The notes below the pieces were generated by a model. That model saw only the letters and a program-made list of their open reading frames with translations. It searched no databases and was not told the origin of the DNA. A program made the position numbers and the translations under genes. Source: Deltaproteobacteria bacterium (lineage in GTDB: Bacteria > Myxococcota > JACRCW01). From it: a stretch of DNA of 64,000 bases. The DNA lies in NCBI GenBank assembly GCA_016218805.1, contig JACRCW010000039.1, forward strand, positions 1-64,000, given 5' to 3'. This document shows positions 40,342-49,921 of this stretch, in pieces. The stretch's first letter is position 1, and every line of letters begins with the position of its first letter.

Positions 40342-43300
40342 TCACCGCTCCGGCTGCGCCAGCAGCAGACGGTCCTGGCCGTGGTTGACCATGAACAGGT
40401 CCAGGTCCCCGTCGTCGTCAAAGTCGCCCGGCACCAGGTCTGAGGTGCCCAGGGACTCCTGCGGCAGCGCGCCGGGTGCCGGCACAAAGGTGCCGTCCCC
40501 GCGGTTCACAAAGATGCGGCTGACGTCATCCAGGTTGCACGCCAGGATCTCCAGGTCACCGTCCCCGTCCAGGTCCGCCACAATCGTGCTGATGGTGGGC
40601 TCGTCCAGCGTGGGGACACCCAGGCGTGTGTCATCCCGTACAAAGTCCGCGCCCGGCACGCCCATGAGGATCACCGTGCTGCTGGTGTTGCCTGGCCGCC
40701 CGACGATGCCGACGTTGCTGGGCACGTAGCTGGGCATCACCAGGTCCGCGCGCCCGTCCCCGTCCAGGTCCCCCAGCGCAATGCCGTATACGTCACCCAC
40801 CACGTCCTGCAGGTCCGGCACATCCGTCTCCTGGAACCCGCCCGGCAGGTTGAGCAGCACGCGGTGCCGCGGATACCCCACGCCGTCCGGGCCCTGGTAG
40901 TTCTTGTTGTCCACGACAATGACGATGTCATTGCGGCCGTTGCCGTCCAGGTCCGCCACCTCCAGCTTGTGGTCATGCACCTGCGCGCGGTCATGCGGGA
41001 TGCGGCCGCTGGCATCCTGGAAGGCGCCGCCGCCGGTGTTGAAGAACAGGTTGTCCCGCCCCACCACGCTCTCATCGCACGTGGTGTCAAAGTTGGAGCA
41101 GCCAATGTTGAGGATCAGCACGTCAGCCACGCCATCCGCGCTGAAGTCCGCCACCGTGGCTTCAAACGCGCCGTCCCCCTGCGAGGGCATGCCCATCTCC
41201 GAGAAGTTGGCGGCGCCGTCGTTGCGGAACAGGTGGGTCTGCTCGCTGGCAGCCAGCAGCAGCTCCGGGCGTCCGTCACCGTCCAGGTCACCCAGGCTCA
41301 CCTGGTTGGCCGTGAGCACGGGCGAGAACACGCGCCGCTCAAACACCGGCCCCCCGCCCTGCGCCAGCCGGCTCAGGTACACCACGCTGCGCTCAGGCCC
41401 GTCCACATCGCCGTTGGCCACCGCCACGTCCAGGTCACCGTCCCCGTCCAGGTCCGCCACCTCCGCGTCGTTGCCGGTATCAAACTCCGCGGGCACCGCG
41501 CCCTGCCGCGGGACCAACGTGCGGTACTGGAACGCTCCCTCCTCGCTCTCACCGGTCCCATCCGGATTCAGGAACCGCACGGCCACACTGCCCAGCGCGT
41601 GCGCGGGGGACTGGGCAATGAGTTCGCGGTCACTGACGCGGGTGACCTGGCCGGCCTCCACCGTGCCAAAGAACAGCCGCACCCCGGGGCGCATGCCCGC
41701 GCTGCGCACCCGGACGCGCGTGAAGCCCACGTCAAACCCGCCCGGTGGCTGCACCGCCAGGCCCACGTAGGTGTACCCGCGCTCCAGCGTGTCCTCCTGC
41801 GCATCCGGGTTCACCACGCGCACATCGGCGGGACCGCGCTCGCCGGGCGGTGTGCGGCAGGTGATCTGCGTGCCGTCCGCGCTGACCACCGCGCCGTCAC
41901 ACGGCGCCCCGTCAATGGTCACCACCGCGCCCGGCTGGAAGTAGCGGCCGTGCACCACCACCACGTCCCCACCAAAGGTGGGCCCGTCCGGCGGCACCAC
42001 GGAGGTCACCTCCGGCGGCGGGATGTAGACGTACAGCGCCGCGCCCACACCCAGGCTCAGCGGGTGGTTGCGCACGCCCACGTCCGCGGGCCCCGGCTCC
42101 CCCGGTGGCGTCTTGGCGTTGAGCTCCGTGGCGCTGACCACCAACACGTCGGTGGCCGCGGCCCCGTCGAATTCCACCGTGATGGCCTCGCCGCGGATGG
42201 ACCGGAAGAAGCGCCCGGTGATGACCACGTCCGTGCCACCGCGCGTGGGGCCGCGGCCCGGCACCACGTGCAGCGGCTCGGGCGGCCACAGGTAGGTGTA
42301 CGCGTTGTCCAGACCCGCGCTCCGGCCGTCCGGCGGCGGGTTCTGCACCTCCACGCGCACACGCCGCTCCCCGCCCGGCGGCGCGGGAAGCACGGGCTCC
42401 GCGGCCCCCGGCACGCGCACGCGCACGCGGTCCCGGCTGCCCGCCTCCAGGACCTCGGCGGGAATCCCGTCAAACCGCACCTGCATTCCCGGCAGGAAAC
42501 CCGCCCCCAGCACTTCCGCCTCCGCGCCCGGCGCCAACGGCCCGTCCGGCGGGTCCACGCCCAGCACCACGGGCGGCCCGTTGTAGTAGTAGCCCCCCTC
42601 CAGCGTGCCTTCCTGCCCGTCGGGATTCACCACGGTCACGTCCGCCGCGCCCGGCGCGCCCGCCGGCACCGTGCACGTGAGTTCTTCAGCGGACAGCACC
42701 ACCACGTCCGTGCAGGGCAACCCGCCCACGGTCACCTGCGCTCCCGGCTCAAACCAATGTCCGGTGACCACCACCACCTGTCCGCCAAAGTCCGGGCCTT
42801 CGGGCGGCTCCACCGCATCCACCACGGGCGGCGGCACGTAGCGGTAGCCCTGGGGCAGCACGCCCTCCCCGCCCAGCGGGTGCAGCGCCGCCACATCAGC
42901 AAAGCCGGCGTTGCCCGGCGGCGTGCGGCATTGGATGAGGAAGGACGACACCACCGTGACAAAGCGCGCGTGCCGGCCCTGGAACGTCACGCGCGTGCCG
43001 TCCACAAAGTCCTGGCCCTCCACCAGGACGGGCGTGTCCCCGGCGGTGGGACCGTGGTCGGGCACCACGCGGAGCACGCGTGGCGCGCGGTAGTAGATGA
43101 ACCCGTCCCGCAGCGTTCCCTGGCCCAGGTCCGGGTTGGTGGCGGTGATGTCCGCCGGGCCCTCTTCGCCCGCGGGCAGCGTGCAGTAGGCCAGGTCCGG
43201 GCGGACCACCTCCACAAAACCGCAGGACAGTCCGTCCACCGTGAGGTCCATCCCCGCGCGGAAGTCCACGCCGGTGACGGTGACCCGCACGCCGCCACTG

Positions 43301-43752
43301 GTGGGCCCGTACGGAGGCAGCACGGACGTCACCTGCGGTGCGCTGGGCAGCCGCCCCACGCTGAAGGCGAACGACTCGTCCGGCCAGGCCGGGGGCTCAA
43401 TGCAGCATGCGCCCAGGCGATTGCACGCGCGCACCGCGTAACGGACGGTGGTGCCCCAGGGGAACGCGCCCACGCGGCCGGCAAAGCGCACGCCATCGGG
43501 GTCCGCACCGTCCGCCACGCGGTCCATGGGCCGCCGGGTGACCGCCGCAGGGTCCACGGGCGCCCCGCCCGCGGGCATCCCGGCAAACAGCAGCTCGGCG
43601 CCGGTCACGCCCGTGGGGTCGCGCACCAGGGCAAGGACCTCGTGGCCCCCGCCGGTGGCGTCCGTGTCAGACACCAGGCGAACTTCAATCACCGCGGGGC
43701 CCAGGCAGGCCGCCAGCGTGAGGCACGGCAGCGCAATGAGGGCGCGGCGCAT
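40342..43752 (-). CDS. Lipoprotein with about 7 IPT/TIG repeats and C-terminal FG-GAP/VCBS repeats
   Basis: LAAC lipobox; repeated P.V..V.P..GP..GG..V.V.G units; many DLDGDG.D motifs. Confidence 0.88.
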   Translation of the reverse strand: MRRALIALPCLTLAACLGPAVIEVRLVSDTDATGGGHEVLALVRDPTGVTGAELLFAGMPAGGAPVDPAAVTRRPMDRVADGADPDGVRFAGRVGAFPWGTTVRYAVRACNRLGACCIEPPAWPDESFAFSVGRLPSAPQVTSVLPPYGPTSGGVRVTVTGVDFRAGMDLTVDGLSCGFVEVVRPDLAYCTLPAGEEGPADITATNPDLGQGTLRDGFIYYRAPRVLRVVPDHGPTAGDTPVLVEGQDFVDGTRVTFQGRHARFVTVVSSFLIQCRTPPGNAGFADVAALHPLGGEGVLPQGYRYVPPPVVDAVEPPEGPDFGGQVVVVTGHWFEPGAQVTVGGLPCTDVVVLSAEELTCTVPAGAPGAADVTVVNPDGQEGTLEGGYYYNGPPVVLGVDPPDGPLAPGAEAEVLGAGFLPGMQVRFDGIPAEVLEAGSRDRVRVRVPGAAEPVLPAPPGGERRVRVEVQNPPPDGRSAGLDNAYTYLWPPEPLHVVPGRGPTRGGTDVVITGRFFRSIRGEAITVEFDGAAATDVLVVSATELNAKTPPGEPGPADVGVRNHPLSLGVGAALYVYIPPPEVTSVVPPDGPTFGGDVVVVHGRYFQPGAVVTIDGAPCDGAVVSADGTQITCRTPPGERGPADVRVVNPDAQEDTLERGYTYVGLAVQPPGGFDVGFTRVRVRSAGMRPGVRLFFGTVEAGQVTRVSDRELIAQSPAHALGSVAVRFLNPDGTGESEEGAFQYRTLVPRQGAVPAEFDTGNDAEVADLDGDGDLDVAVANGDVDGPERSVVYLSRLAQGGGPVFERRVFSPVLTANQVSLGDLDGDGRPELLLAASEQTHLFRNDGAANFSEMGMPSQGDGAFEATVADFSADGVADVLILNIGCSNFDTTCDESVVGRDNLFFNTGGGAFQDASGRIPHDRAQVHDHKLEVADLDGNGRNDIVIVVDNKNYQGPDGVGYPRHRVLLNLPGGFQETDVPDLQDVVGDVYGIALGDLDGDGRADLVMPSYVPSNVGIVGRPGNTSSTVILMGVPGADFVRDDTRLGVPTLDEPTISTIVADLDGDGDLEILACNLDDVSRIFVNRGDGTFVPAPGALPQESLGTSDLVPGDFDDDGDLDLFMVNHGQDRLLLAQPER

Positions 43753-43761
43753 GGTGCCCGG

Positions 43762-44214
43762 TCAGACCTTGAAGGCCACGCGCGCCCCGCGCCCCAGCTT
43801 GGACCCCACCGCGGCGCTGCTGGCCCCCATGGTGGGCCGGCCGCCTTTGGGGGGCGCGGCGTCCTTGGCCGCGGCGGGCTGCGCCGCCTTCTCCGCGGCC
43901 GGCGCCGGCTCACCACCCTCCTTCGCCTCACCCTCGCCGGCGGCGTCCCCCTCGGGCTTCTTGGCCGCCTTCTCCGGGTCCTTGTCCCGCGCCACCCGTG
44001 ACTGCTTGCCAGGGGGCGGGTTCATCCACTCGGTGTCCTTGGGCGTGCCCTTGGGTGCCTCCGTGATGACCTCGCCAAACTTCCGCTTGGGCAACGCGTG
44101 GTCCCGCTCCATGCGGGCCTGGCGCTGCTCAATGTCCCGCAGGCGTTCGGGGTCTGTGGCCATGCCCGTCCCGACGATGCTGCGCGGCTCCACCCTGCGG
44201 TGCGTTTCGGCCAT
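43762..44214 (-). CDS. Hypothetical protein
   Basis: RBS GGAGAGG upstream; 9 bp gap to the IPT gene; core codon usage. Confidence 0.6.
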   Translation of the reverse strand: MAETHRRVEPRSIVGTGMATDPERLRDIEQRQARMERDHALPKRKFGEVITEAPKGTPKDTEWMNPPPGKQSRVARDKDPEKAAKKPEGDAAGEGEAKEGGEPAPAAEKAAQPAAAKDAAPPKGGRPTMGASSAAVGSKLGRGARVAFKV

Positions 44215-44306
44215 GGCGTCACCCTCTCCCCGAGGTTATCTGTTGGCTTGGGACGGTAGCGCCGCCCGCCCGCGGCGTCCAAGACCGCCCCGGAAGAGAG
44301 CCCCGC

Positions 44307-44633
44307 ATGCCACCCCCCCGGGACCGACTGGCCGACCTGGTTGCCATGTCCGAGAAGACTCCCCACAAGCCCCTGGTCTGGTACGGCCTGGCCATGGAGT
44401 ACCGGGCGCGCGGACAGCGGGAGGACGCGGCGCGCGCGTTTGAGCGGTGCGTGGAAGCAGACCCCACCTACGTGCCCGCGTACTTCATGTGGGGGATGAC
44501 GCTGGAGGATGCCGGCCAGCGCGACCGCGCGGTGGCCATGCTCCGCCGCGGCATCACTGTGGCCGGCACCAAGGGCGACACACACGCCGCCGGCGAAATG
44601 CAGGGCACGCTGGAGACGTGGGGGGTGGAATAG
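44307..44633 (+). CDS. Small TPR protein
   Basis: WYGLAMEY...AARAFE.....DPTYVPAYF..G, ending HAAGEM. Confidence 0.8.
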   Translation: MPPPRDRLADLVAMSEKTPHKPLVWYGLAMEYRARGQREDAARAFERCVEADPTYVPAYFMWGMTLEDAGQRDRAVAMLRRGITVAGTKGDTHAAGEMQGTLETWGVE

Positions 44634-44785
44634 CAGCCCTGAAAGATCCGTGGTCCGAATCGCACCTCCGGGCCGTATACCTTGTCGGGCGAATAATTTG
44701 TCCACGCACACCGCGCCGCTCCCGCCCAGCGACCTGGAGCCACCCTGGCGCGCTACGAGGGGTAGTTGACCTTCTTGGAGTCACC

Positions 44786-45409
44786 ATGGCCGCCCCACTC
44801 CGATTGTTTGTCCGATGGATTATGCTCCTGCCTTTGTTTCTGGCGGCGGCCGGCTGCGACCGCGGGCCAACCACGGCCCAGGTGGAGGTGGCTCGGCGCG
44901 ACGCGATACGGCGTCTGGACGAGGACCGTGCGCAACTGGTGCGCGTCCGTGCACGTTGGACCGCGGCCGACAACCTGGAGCGCGAGTTGACGCAGGGCTT
45001 GGCGCTGCACGGCGGGGAGCAGCCGCAGGACGCGGACGCGGTGCGAGCGGCCTTGGGCTCGGCGGCCACGGACCAGAACGCCGCAGAGCGCGTGCTGGCA
45101 GGCGCAACGCAGAACGTTCAGGCTATGGGGAACCGACTCACGCGGGCACGGTTCAACGCGTTGGGTGCGGAGCTGGTGCAAGTGCACAAAGATCTTGAGA
45201 CCCGGGTGAAGGCGCTGGACGCGGCGTTGGATTCAATCAACGCCACCCTGGGCCGCCATGCCGAGTCCCTACGCGCCGCCAGCCAGGTGTCCGAGGACGC
45301 GGCCCGGCAGGCCGGGCAACTGGCGGAGGCGGACTTCAAGAAGGACTGGAATTGCGGGGAGGACCACGACCATAAGAAGGGTCACGCTCCCGAGGCGACA
45401 CGACAGTGA
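44786..45409 (+). CDS. Coiled-coil lipoprotein, first gene of the ECF operon
   Basis: RBS GGAG, AAGC lipobox, helical heptads; stop overlaps the sigma start. Confidence 0.65.
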   Translation: MAAPLRLFVRWIMLLPLFLAAAGCDRGPTTAQVEVARRDAIRRLDEDRAQLVRVRARWTAADNLERELTQGLALHGGEQPQDADAVRAALGSAATDQNAAERVLAGATQNVQAMGNRLTRARFNALGAELVQVHKDLETRVKALDAALDSINATLGRHAESLRAASQVSEDAARQAGQLAEADFKKDWNCGEDHDHKKGHAPEATRQ

Positions 45410-46107
45410 GCGTCCCGCAGATGGCCCTGGCAATGACCGCGCCCAAGCGTGATCCCCTGCACGCCGGAGACGGCAGCCCCATACATCGTGACAGGAGCAC
45501 AACGCCGCCGCCGAGGGCGCCCGCAGACCTGCTGGCGCGCTTCCGTGACGGGGACCCAGATGCGTTTGCGCAGATCGTCCGGCTTCATGGGGGAATTGTG
45601 CGCAGCGTTGCCCACCGGCGTTTCCTCAACCCGGTGGACCGCGAGGAGGCCGTCCAGGAGATATGGCTGCAGGCCTTCCGTCACCGCGCGGCGGTGGACC
45701 CCTCGCGCGCCGCTTCATTTGGCGGCTGGCTCTACACGCTGGCAGACCGGCGCTGCCTGGACCTGCGCGAGTACCAACAGGTCCGGGCGCGCGGGAGCGG
45801 GGGCCAGCCCACGGATGACGCGGTTGACATGGCGACCCCCGACGCGGAGGAGCAGGCATCCCGTCGTGAGCTGCTGTCGGCGGTGCAGGTGTTCAAGGCG
45901 CGTTTGCAGCCGGCATGGCGGGAGTTCTTTGATCTCTACTTCGTCCAGGGGCTTGAGTACGCTGACATCATGCCCCGCTTGAACATCGGGCCACTGCGCT
46001 GCAGGTACATGCGGCGCGTGCTGGTGGCCCGTGCGCGCCGCAACCGGGGGCTGTTGGAAGCCCTGGACCGGCACCTGGAGCAGCGTGACCATGCGCCACG
46101 TCCGTGA
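45406..46107 (+). CDS. ECF RNA polymerase sigma factor
   Basis: GDPDAFAQIV..H...EEAVQEIWL..F...SFGGWL..LA..RCLD (region 2); region-4-like C-terminus. Confidence 0.85.
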   Translation: MSVPQMALAMTAPKRDPLHAGDGSPIHRDRSTTPPPRAPADLLARFRDGDPDAFAQIVRLHGGIVRSVAHRRFLNPVDREEAVQEIWLQAFRHRAAVDPSRAASFGGWLYTLADRRCLDLREYQQVRARGSGGQPTDDAVDMATPDAEEQASRRELLSAVQVFKARLQPAWREFFDLYFVQGLEYADIMPRLNIGPLRCRYMRRVLVARARRNRGLLEALDRHLEQRDHAPRP

Positions 46108-47197
46108 TGACATCCCCATGTTGGTGGCTGGGAGCCTGCCACAGGCGCGCGATGGCGTCGTCAGGAGGCACCTGCGCACCTGCGGCGCCTGCGCCAGCGA
46201 GTTTGAACGGGAGTTGGCCTTCACGCGTGCGCTTGCCGGGGACCCGGACGTGCCGTCCCCACGGGAGGTCCGGCAGATCATGGCCCGGGCTTGCGCGGTT
46301 GACCGCCCGCCCGTGCGGCGGGTGTTCTCCCGGAGCGTCCCGGTGGTACTGGCCATGCTGTGCGCCGCGGGCGCAGCGGTCTTCCTGGTGGCACCGCAAG
46401 GAGACCTGCTGCGGCGCACCGCCGACACGCCCGCGGTGGCCACGGGATCTGGGATCGGCCATGATGAGGGACGGTCGGTCGCGCTCGGCACGTGGTTGGA
46501 GCATCCGGATACCCGCATTGGGGTGTATTCGCTCCCGCGCGGTGGCTCGCTGGAGTTGTCGGGCCGGGCGCGCTTCCTTGACGGGGCGCGGTTGGAGCTT
46601 GCGGAAGGAAGCGCCGCGCTGGAGGTCACGCCGGGGCGGGGGGGGTTTGAGGTGGTGACGCAGTATGGCTGGGTTGCCGTGGTGGGGACGCGGTTTGTGG
46701 TGGAGTTGCAGGAAGACCGCGTGCGCGTGGAGGTGCTGGACGGCGCGGTGGACGTCTTCCCCTCCCGGCCAGCCACACCACCGCTGCGGTTGACCGCCGG
46801 CATGAGCGCCTGGACAAACGGCGAGGCGTCTGGCGTGGAGCCCGCCGCGCCGGTTTGGCAGGAGCCGCGACCGCCGCAAACCCCTCCGCGCCGCCATGCC
46901 CGCGTCAACGGGCGCGCCGAAGCGGAACAGGTGGCGGGGCGCCTGGTGGCCCAGGCCAATGAAGCCCTGCTCGCGGGCGCGTTTGGTGACGCCGAGCGCT
47001 TGGCCCGGACGGCGGCGGAGTTGTCCCGCGGCAATGCAGAGGCGTACCGGGTTTGGGGGTACGCGCTGCATCGCCTGGGGCGACCTTGCGACGCGGCCGC
47101 GCAGCTGCGTCGCTCCCTCAAACTGGAGGCATCAGGGACAGCGGCGGAGAAGGCCGCCCGACTGCTGCGCGACGCCTCCTTTGCCCGGTGCGATTGA
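46091..47197 (+). CDS. Anti-sigma factor: zf-HC2, TM, FecR-like domain, TPR
   Basis: HLRTCGAC; TM segment; F.V.T..G.V.VVGTRF.V...VEVLDGAV; C-terminal TPR. Confidence 0.85.
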   Translation: MRHVRDDIPMLVAGSLPQARDGVVRRHLRTCGACASEFERELAFTRALAGDPDVPSPREVRQIMARACAVDRPPVRRVFSRSVPVVLAMLCAAGAAVFLVAPQGDLLRRTADTPAVATGSGIGHDEGRSVALGTWLEHPDTRIGVYSLPRGGSLELSGRARFLDGARLELAEGSAALEVTPGRGGFEVVTQYGWVAVVGTRFVVELQEDRVRVEVLDGAVDVFPSRPATPPLRLTAGMSAWTNGEASGVEPAAPVWQEPRPPQTPPRRHARVNGRAEAEQVAGRLVAQANEALLAGAFGDAERLARTAAELSRGNAEAYRVWGYALHRLGRPCDAAAQLRRSLKLEASGTAAEKAARLLRDASFARCD

Positions 47198-48210
47198 ACG
47201 TGCCACCCGCCCTCTTGGCCCTGTTGCTGCTGCCAGCGTCGCCGGCCAGTCCCGCCCTGCGCGAAGTAGCGGTGGTGGCGAACATCAATGACCCCGTTGC
47301 TGATGGCCCGGCCTGGGAAGTTCCGCTGCGGGCGGCACTGGACGGGCTGCCAGATGTGTACGTACGAACCGCCGCGGACACGCGCTTTGGCATGTACTTG
47401 GCCCAGCAGGCAGGGTGGCATTGCGAGGACATCGCGCCGTGCCTGGCGGACTTGGGCCGCGTCCTCAAAGTGGATACGGTGCTCCACGCCAGCCTGGACG
47501 ACCGATTGGCCTCCCCGCGGCTGACTCTGGTGGCCATCGGCGTCGACGCGAGGGGCGAGACGGGCCGGGCCACTGCGCAACTCCCCGGTGACCCCAATGC
47601 CTGGCGGGGCCCGGTGGTTCGCCTGTCCCGCCACGTGCTGCGGGTGGGCGCCACGGTCGTCGTCCACGGTGCAGGCGGGGGTTTCACGCTTGACGGAGAA
47701 CCATTTGTCGCCGGCAGCGAACCTGCGCAGGTGATGGGCATTGGCGTAGGCCAGCACGTCCTGACGACACCCACGGGCACGCGGCTGGGGTTTGACCTGC
47801 CGGCTGGCCCCTTGGAGGTGCACCTCTGGCCTGGAGCGGACCATGCCGCAACCGCACCGGCAGCGCCACCTGCGGCGGCGCCCCCACAAACTTCCCGCAG
47901 GGGAGTGGTGGCCCTGGCGGCCCTTGCGCCGGCCGGGGCGTTGCTGCTGGGCGGGGCTCTGGTCACACTGGCCAATGCAGGCGCGGCGGCCGGCGCGGCC
48001 GCTGTGGTGCTGGGTTCGCTCCCGCGCCAGAGCGACGGGCGTGTTATGGCGCGCCCCGGCCAGTCCCGCAGGGAGGTGGAACTGTTGGTCCTGACAGGTC
48101 TGGGCCTGGCAGGCTGGGCTCTTGGGTCCGTCTGTGTTTCGTCGTTGCTTGCGTCCGGTGCCCTCGCCTGGCTTGGGGTGGGGGCGGCGGCTTGGAGATG
48201 GGTGGATTGA
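47194..48210 (+). CDS. Secreted/membrane protein with PEGA-like segment
   Basis: TTG start overlaps the upstream stop; signal peptide; C.DI.PC domain; FTLDG....G.H; C-terminal TM segments. Confidence 0.6.
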   Translation: MNVPPALLALLLLPASPASPALREVAVVANINDPVADGPAWEVPLRAALDGLPDVYVRTAADTRFGMYLAQQAGWHCEDIAPCLADLGRVLKVDTVLHASLDDRLASPRLTLVAIGVDARGETGRATAQLPGDPNAWRGPVVRLSRHVLRVGATVVVHGAGGGFTLDGEPFVAGSEPAQVMGIGVGQHVLTTPTGTRLGFDLPAGPLEVHLWPGADHAATAPAAPPAAAPPQTSRRGVVALAALAPAGALLLGGALVTLANAGAAAGAAAVVLGSLPRQSDGRVMARPGQSRREVELLVLTGLGLAGWALGSVCVSSLLASGALAWLGVGAAAWRWVD

Positions 48211-49862
48211 TGGCAGTCCCCAAGGCTTTGGGCGGTTGGGTGATTCGCGCGTTCGCCGCTTGGGGAGCCGCCAGCTGCGGCAGCTCCCCGCTCATTGCAG
48301 AGTGCCGCACGGACCGCGACTGCGAGCGCGGCTACTGCCGGGCTGACGAAGGCATCTGCGTCGCCGGCCGCCGGGAGGACCCCTCTTCGGGCTTGGCGGC
48401 GTCATCGTCGTTCTCTCCCGCGGACGGCTCTTCCTCGGCAGCGGGCGCAACCTCAACCGGGACTTCTTCGTCGGGGCCGTCCGTCCCCTCCAGTTCGGCG
48501 CCGCACGCAAGCAGCCTATTCCCTCGCTCATCATCCGCGCCGCGCGGTGCGTCCTCCGCCTCCTCCAGCGGTCCGGCGGTCGCATCGTCCTCCGCGCCTG
48601 CAACCAGCGGACCCGCCGCGTCATCTTCGCTGGCCCCTGCCAGCGGGTGCTGGGCCTGTGTGCTCTCCGTGGTGAGCACACCTGCCTCAACGCTGGAGCT
48701 GTTGCCCCCGAAGGTGGTCCCCGGCACGGACCCGCCCTTGGTTCTGGTTCAGGAGAAGGACCTGGCGTTCTTGGGCGTCGACGGCGCGGGGGCGGTTAGC
48801 GTTGTAGGTAGCGCGCCTGCCGTCATGGACAGTCCCGTGACCTGGTTTGCGGACGGCGCCGCCAGCTGGGGAGCTGCGGTGCCGCTCAAGGAGGGCGACT
48901 CATTGCCGTTCTACCAATGGACGGCGGGTTCCTTGCTGGACCAGGTGGATCCCGCCACGGCGTGGCAACCCCAAGCGCGGGTGATGACTCTTCAACTGGC
49001 GGGCGAGGAGGTTGTCGCGGGGGGGGGCGCGGCCGGTGTCAGCGCCGTCTCGTCGGGGCGCTCGCAGCGGGCTCAGGTGGCGTCACGCGCCGGAGGCGGC
49101 ACCAAGGGCTGGCTGGTGGAGGCATGCGGGGACCCCGCCGTCCACGTCGTGGTCACGGCGGAGAAGGACCAGGTGTTTGCTTACGCGGTTGACCAGACCG
49201 CGGGATTGACCCTCAACGCGTTGGGTTCGGCTTCAGTTCCCGGTGAGTCTGACACGCCCGCCCTGGCCTGGGCGCGCGCGGACGGGAGCACCGGGCTGCT
49301 GGTCCTGCGCAAGGGAACGCCCGCATCCCTGGTGACGCGTTTCCGGGTCACCACTGCCGGCCTGGCGGAGGAGGCTTCCGTCACGGTGGATGGTCTGGAG
49401 GTCAAGAACAGCGGGGCGCTGGCTTGGGGGCCTGATGGGTTGCGCGCCGCCGTGCCCACGTCGCAGGGGGCCATTGTGGTGCTTCGGGCGGAGGAGACCC
49501 CGCTGACGTGGGAAATGGTCCCCTTGGAGGTGGAGGCGGTCAAGGTGGGCGGAGTGGTGGCGGTGGTGGGGAACGGCCAGGAACCCACGTGGATCGCCGG
49601 CATGGAGAACGGCGCGGTGTACGCCGTGCGTGGGGCAACCGTGCTCCCCGGGTTCCCGGTCCAGCTGGGCACGCCGCTGAAACACCCGCCGGCGCTGGTC
49701 GCCAGCGGCGCGGACGGCATGGCCGCAGTTTTTGTCGGCGGGGACGCCACCGGGTGGTCCATTCACCGGCTGGAGTTGGAGTTGCCCCGCTCCGGTCTCA
49801 CGGTGAGTTGGCCTGAGTACCAGGCCGACCGGCGCAACTCCGGTTGCCTCCCGTTGCCCTGA
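48210..49862 (+). CDS. Lipoprotein with Cys motif, Ser-rich linker and beta-propeller-like domain
   Basis: AASC lipobox, ECRTDRDC..GYC, SSS repeats, GFPV, WPEYQADRRNSG. Confidence 0.7.
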   Translation: MAVPKALGGWVIRAFAAWGAASCGSSPLIAECRTDRDCERGYCRADEGICVAGRREDPSSGLAASSSFSPADGSSSAAGATSTGTSSSGPSVPSSSAPHASSLFPRSSSAPRGASSASSSGPAVASSSAPATSGPAASSSLAPASGCWACVLSVVSTPASTLELLPPKVVPGTDPPLVLVQEKDLAFLGVDGAGAVSVVGSAPAVMDSPVTWFADGAASWGAAVPLKEGDSLPFYQWTAGSLLDQVDPATAWQPQARVMTLQLAGEEVVAGGGAAGVSAVSSGRSQRAQVASRAGGGTKGWLVEACGDPAVHVVVTAEKDQVFAYAVDQTAGLTLNALGSASVPGESDTPALAWARADGSTGLLVLRKGTPASLVTRFRVTTAGLAEEASVTVDGLEVKNSGALAWGPDGLRAAVPTSQGAIVVLRAEETPLTWEMVPLEVEAVKVGGVVAVVGNGQEPTWIAGMENGAVYAVRGATVLPGFPVQLGTPLKHPPALVASGADGMAAVFVGGDATGWSIHRLELELPRSGLTVSWPEYQADRRNSGCLPLP

Positions 49863-49921
49863 TCCACCGCAGATTCGATTTCTGTTTGTCTCCCCCGGCG
49901 GCCGGCCCCGTATACCTGAAT

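Noticed and set aside
40864..44001. 1045-aa plus-strand ORF, and similar long ORFs such as 11999-14467, 45715-47889, 60542-63025 and 34600-36360
   Set aside because: These are antisense shadows of well-supported genes; stop codons are scarce at this GC content and the translations have no motifs.
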